This document shows positions 16,961 to 20,178 of a stretch of 20,178 bases of DNA, in pieces (positions within the stretch are counted from its first letter, which is position 1; every line of letters starts with the position of its first letter). Under the pieces are notes generated by a model. The model made no database searches. It was not told the DNA's origin and saw only the letters and a program-made list of their open reading frames with translations. Made by a program: the position numbers and the translations under genes. Source of the DNA: Candidatus Micrarchaeota archaeon (GTDB taxonomy: Archaea > Micrarchaeota > Micrarchaeia > Norongarragalinales > SBBD01); NCBI GenBank assembly GCA_043806595.1, contig JAZDGU010000027.1, forward strand, positions 1-20,178, read 5' to 3'.

Positions 16961-17314
16961 ATGCCGGAGATAAAAAGCGTTTCGCGCGGGCGCACGCTCT
17001 GGAGGGAGTGCGAAGTCGCCGACACCGCATGGAAGAGGTTCAGTGGCATAATGCTGAGGAAGAGGCTGGACGCGCCCCTGCTCTTCGTGCTGCCGCGCGA
17101 GGGCCGCATGCGCGCCGCGATACACTCGCTGTTCTGCATCAGGTTCGACGCCGTGTTCCTTGACTCGGGGAAGGCGGTCGTCGATTTAAGGGAAGACGTA
17201 CACCCCTGGAAATTCGTCATCATCCCGAAGAGGCCCGCGAAATACCTGATAGAGTGCGCCGCCGGGGAAGCGCAAAAGCTCGGCATAACGGAGGGCGAGC
17301 GGCTGGAGTTCTGA
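16961..17314 (+). CDS. DUF192 (UPF0127) family protein
   Basis: VADT.WKRFSGIMLR, LLFV, IHSLF, DAVFLD, PWK, PAKYLIE; TTTTAAA about 25 nt upstream (leaderless). Confidence 0.87.
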   Translation: MPEIKSVSRGRTLWRECEVADTAWKRFSGIMLRKRLDAPLLFVLPREGRMRAAIHSLFCIRFDAVFLDSGKAVVDLREDVHPWKFVIIPKRPAKYLIECAAGEAQKLGITEGERLEF

Positions 17315-17385
17315 TCTGACTTTCTGCCGCACATACCGCACATTTTAATACTTATTGCACGGTATATCTGCGGAGGTGAAGTCGT

Positions 17386-17607
17386 ATGCCGAACATGACT
17401 CTCGCGGTTCCGCCGGACTTGAAGAAGGATATGGACAAATTCCCAGTTATCAACTGGTCGGAAGTGGCCCGGCAGGCCTTTGCGGAAAAGGTGGAGGAAC
17501 TGGAGCTGCTGAAGGCGATAACCGCCAGGAGCAAGCTTACGGAGAAGGACGCCATAGAAATCGGGAGGAAAATCAGGAAAGGGGTTGCCAAACGCCATGG
17601 CGGATGA
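17386..17607 (+). CDS. RHH-type antitoxin
   Basis: MPNMTLAVPPDLKKDM...INWSEVARQAF; SD GGAGGTGA; ATGA-coupled to a PIN gene. Confidence 0.85.
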   Translation: MPNMTLAVPPDLKKDMDKFPVINWSEVARQAFAEKVEELELLKAITARSKLTEKDAIEIGRKIRKGVAKRHGG

Positions 17608-18032
17608 CCATGATGCTCGTCGTCGACACTAATGTGATTATCGCGGCGGCGATAGCCAGGGGAAAAACCCTCGACATAATCTATGAGGCCGGACTATCCC
17701 TGGCCATGCCTCAAGCCGTCGTGGACGAACTCGCCGAACACTTGGAGGAAATCGGGAAAAAATCCGGCCTCGATGAGAATGAATTGAATCGGCTTTTTGG
17801 AGGCCTTTTCGCACGCATGCGGCGCATAAAAGAAAAGGAGTACAAGGCTTTCAAGAGCTTGGCACGAGAGATTTCGCCTGACAAGGACGACTGGCCGTTC
17901 TTTGCGCTCGCATTAAAGGAGGGTTGCGCCATCTGGAGCAACGACAAGCGGTTGAAAAGGCAGAGCACGTTAAGGATTATCGACACCGGCGGGCTGATTC
18001 GGATCTTAATGAAAAAACGGCCACAATCCTAG
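17604..18032 (+). CDS. vapC: PIN-domain VapC-like toxin
   Basis: LVVDTNVIIAA, DEL, PDKDDWPFFALAL, IWSNDKRL. Confidence 0.88.
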   Translation: MTMMLVVDTNVIIAAAIARGKTLDIIYEAGLSLAMPQAVVDELAEHLEEIGKKSGLDENELNRLFGGLFARMRRIKEKEYKAFKSLAREISPDKDDWPFFALALKEGCAIWSNDKRLKRQSTLRIIDTGGLIRILMKKRPQS

Positions 18033-18808
18033 TCGCCGAAATTTGCCTTGCCGGGGTCGGCGAGGAAGTCGAATAGCTTCGGGCTCTTCAGGTACAGCGC
18101 GTAAAGCCCGGCCTCGGACAGGTCTTGCGCGAGCTTGGGCGAGACCTTCGTCGTGAACTCGTTGGCGCCCATCTGCACGGCCTCGGGAAGCTCGGAATAA
18201 TCGTCGTTTGGCACGAGGCCGCCTTCCGTGTCGTAATACGCGGCGCCGTGCAGGCGCTTGTACGGCTCGTATTCGCTCTTGAAGTCCTTTTCCACGAGGT
18301 TGGCCATGACCAGCGGGCAGTCTGTCGGGTTGATGGTGACGTGCCCGAAGTTCGGCGGAATCACGACCTTGTCGCCCTTGACGGCATGCACCCAGTAGAC
18401 CTTGTCCACCTTGTCGGACTTCGGGTCCGCGCGCTTCTGGAGGACGTAGTGCGCCTCGCCCTCGAGAACCTGGTATACTTCTGTGAAGCTGTACTTAGCG
18501 TCGTGCATCGCGTGGTAGTGGCCGAGCGTCTTGTTGTGCTCGCGGCCGATTTCGACGAACGGGATTACCGTGAGGTCGTACCGGATTGCGGACTTGGCGA
18601 ACAATGGCTCGTCGTTTTTGAGTGCCACACCGCGGTACATGTAATACATCGGGGTCTCCGAGGGCATCACCGAGGCGACGTCGTCGAAGAGCAGCACCGG
18701 CTTCATCTGCTCGAGAGTGCGCACGTCCGGCTTGAGCTTCTTGCCCTCGAGCGACAGGTGGCCGATGCCGTCGACCTGAAGAGTGAGCGGCCCAGTTACT
18801 ACCTTCAT
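18029..18808 (-). CDS. Cupin-type glucose-6-phosphate isomerase family protein
   Basis: YYMYRGV, IRYDLTVI, KTLGHYH, TEVYQVLEG, IPPNFGHVTINP; SD GAGGTG before ATG 18808. Confidence 0.85.
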   Translation of the reverse strand: MKVVTGPLTLQVDGIGHLSLEGKKLKPDVRTLEQMKPVLLFDDVASVMPSETPMYYMYRGVALKNDEPLFAKSAIRYDLTVIPFVEIGREHNKTLGHYHAMHDAKYSFTEVYQVLEGEAHYVLQKRADPKSDKVDKVYWVHAVKGDKVVIPPNFGHVTINPTDCPLVMANLVEKDFKSEYEPYKRLHGAAYYDTEGGLVPNDDYSELPEAVQMGANEFTTKVSPKLAQDLSEAGLYALYLKSPKLFDFLADPGKANFGD

Positions 18809-18950
18809 CAAATACACCTCCCTTATTGGTATAGCCACGCCGGGAAAGAATAAATAAGTTGGGATTCGCTTGAAATGAAAAGCCAGGGGCTGAGCCGCGC
18901 CCGGAAATCAGGTTATAATGCATGCCAGGCAAGTTGTATTCGGTGGTAGA

Positions 18951-19631
18951 ATGCCCAAGGAATTGCCATTGACAAAGCAATTGGCGGTAGAGCAGCTCGA
19001 GTCCACGCGCAATGCCCAAAGAGTGCAATTATTCCGCGGGGTACCAGAAAGGGAGAGGCCGCCTCTGGACAAGTTCGGCCTGCTCATCCATGGAGCGAGG
19101 GGTGTCGGAAGTATGCGCTTGGGCATATTATTAGTTACCGACAGCGCCGCATTAGGAGCAGTCCTTGGCGACGGCACAAAAGAGGGAGAAATAAATCCAG
19201 TGAGAATCCGCGGTTTGGACGAAGGCGTTGAAAGGGATATAAGAACGGACGAGAGAATTCCCGACTACGAATCAAACTCGACAGATTTGCTCAGGTTGGG
19301 GGCCATATCCGGACGCAATAAGCTCAAGCTATTGGCAGCATCCAGTCTTGCCAAATCAAGGCATAAACGGGGTCTCAACGCGAAAGGCGTAAAGCAGGTC
19401 GACGAGTTCGTAAAGGCGGTACAGGAAAAGGCAAGGAAAGCCGGGGAAGAAACGCTCCACGAGTTGACCGGAACCACGCTTTCGCAACAAGAAGCGTTCA
19501 ACCATTTCTATAACGCAGCCAGACGCGCCGTCGCCCACATTCGCGTCCTTGAACAGGACAACTCCGCTTATGCTGAAATACTCCAAGCAATCCGCGCCAA
19601 TCGCAAATTGCCAAGAGTAATGACCACGTAA
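18951..19631 (+). CDS. Hypothetical protein (~226 aa), AT-richer than flanks, convergent on the tRNA 3' end
   Basis: Long ORF; start at ATG 18951 (alternative 18918) with TTATAA upstream; no family recognised. Confidence 0.6.
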   Translation: MPKELPLTKQLAVEQLESTRNAQRVQLFRGVPERERPPLDKFGLLIHGARGVGSMRLGILLVTDSAALGAVLGDGTKEGEINPVRIRGLDEGVERDIRTDERIPDYESNSTDLLRLGAISGRNKLKLLAASSLAKSRHKRGLNAKGVKQVDEFVKAVQEKARKAGEETLHELTGTTLSQQEAFNHFYNAARRAVAHIRVLEQDNSAYAEILQAIRANRKLPRVMTT

Positions 19632-19637
19632 ACAAAA

Positions 19638-19749
19638 CGGGCCTGGTGGGATTCGAACCCACGGCCTACAGCTTAGAAGGCCTGCGGGGGAAAAACTGCC
19701 GCCTGCAGGGGTTTCCCTTGCCGCTCTGTCCAAGCTGAGCTACAGGCCC
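19638..19749 (-). tRNA. tRNA-Arg(UCU) with a 37-nt intron (19682-19718) at position 29/30; CCA not encoded
   Basis: Acceptor GGGCCTG/CAGGCCC with G73, D arm GCTC/GAGC with A20, T arm GTGGG-TTCGAAT-CCCAC. After intron removal the anticodon arm is GCAGC-CTTCTAA-GCTGT, and the mature length is 75 nt. A T-rich tract follows. Confidence 0.93.
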
Positions 19750-19807
19750 GTGAAGTAAACACAGTAGTGACCAAGGAATAAAAGGGCATCTGGGGTGCTA
19801 CCTGGAG

Positions 19808-20113
19808 TTACCGCGGGAGGGCCACCCCGAAGTGGGCCAGCGCCCACCTCAGGCCGCCGAACTCGTTGCCGTAGTTGACGAGGCTCAGCAGGAACATCGA
19901 CGCCGCGACGATGCGCAGGCGGGGATACTTCACCCAAATCAGGTAGGCGAGCGCGGCGCTCGCCGAAATCGCGCCCCAGAGCAGGATCAGCTTGAACTCC
20001 TGGTCGCGGAAGGCGGAAGCGAGCTGGCTTGCAAAGCCGTGCGCCCAGTGGCTGGAGCCCCTGCTCGCAAGGGAGCCCCTGGAGCTGAGCCGGTAGGACA
20101 TGTCCTCGAACAT
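19808..20113 (-). CDS. Hypothetical membrane protein (101 aa)
   Basis: Two hydrophobic segments; TTATATA box at about 20162-20168 on the minus strand. Confidence 0.55.
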   Translation of the reverse strand: MFEDMSYRLSSRGSLASRGSSHWAHGFASQLASAFRDQEFKLILLWGAISASAALAYLIWVKYPRLRIVAASMFLLSLVNYGNEFGGLRWALAHFGVALPR

Positions 20114-20178
20114 CTCGGAAACCGTATATCGGTGGGTTGGGAGAATTGCATCCGCAGGCGGTATATAAGCCTATGCCC

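Noticed and set aside
16933..17598. N-terminal 222-aa extension of the methyltransferase ORF
   Set aside because: Antisense to DUF192 and the antitoxin; Bud23-like similarity starts just after ATG 16932.
18900..19660. Integrated element at the tRNA-Arg 3' end
   Set aside because: No integrase and no duplicated tRNA 3' end (att site) found in the window; only one AT-richer orphan is adjacent.
1..20178. CRISPR array, rRNA or transposase
   Set aside because: No regularly spaced repeats, rRNA signatures or transposase motifs seen.

Overview
GC-rich archaeal chromosomal window, probably DPANN/Micrarchaeota-like. This lineage is inferred from gene content, TATA-type promoters and a tRNA intron at a non-canonical position. 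Recognisable genes are the upper mevalonate module (class II HMG-CoA reductase divergent from an HMG-CoA synthase-thiolase-DUF35 operon), a PLP-dependent glycine C-acetyltransferase-like enzyme, archaeal AspRS, a YbcI/YdjM-like membrane hydrolase, a HerA-like ATPase, DUF192, a cupin glucose-6-phosphate isomerase, three type II toxin-antitoxin pairs and tRNA-Arg(UCU) with a 37-nt intron at 29/30. Many basic orphan ORFs lie between them. Main observations: (1) a SAM methyltransferase collinear end to end with the catalytic domain of eukaryotic Bud23/WBSCR22 (18S rRNA m7G methyltransferase); (2) two ~295-aa orphans that appear to be diverged paralogues of an unrecognised two-domain family; (3) small genes inside the mevalonate operon, one bracketed by a 12-bp direct repeat; (4) an uncalled 24-codon ORF with a very strong Shine-Dalgarno sequence; (5) an IS200/IS605-end-like hairpin. 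All family calls come from motif recognition by eye; no searches were run.
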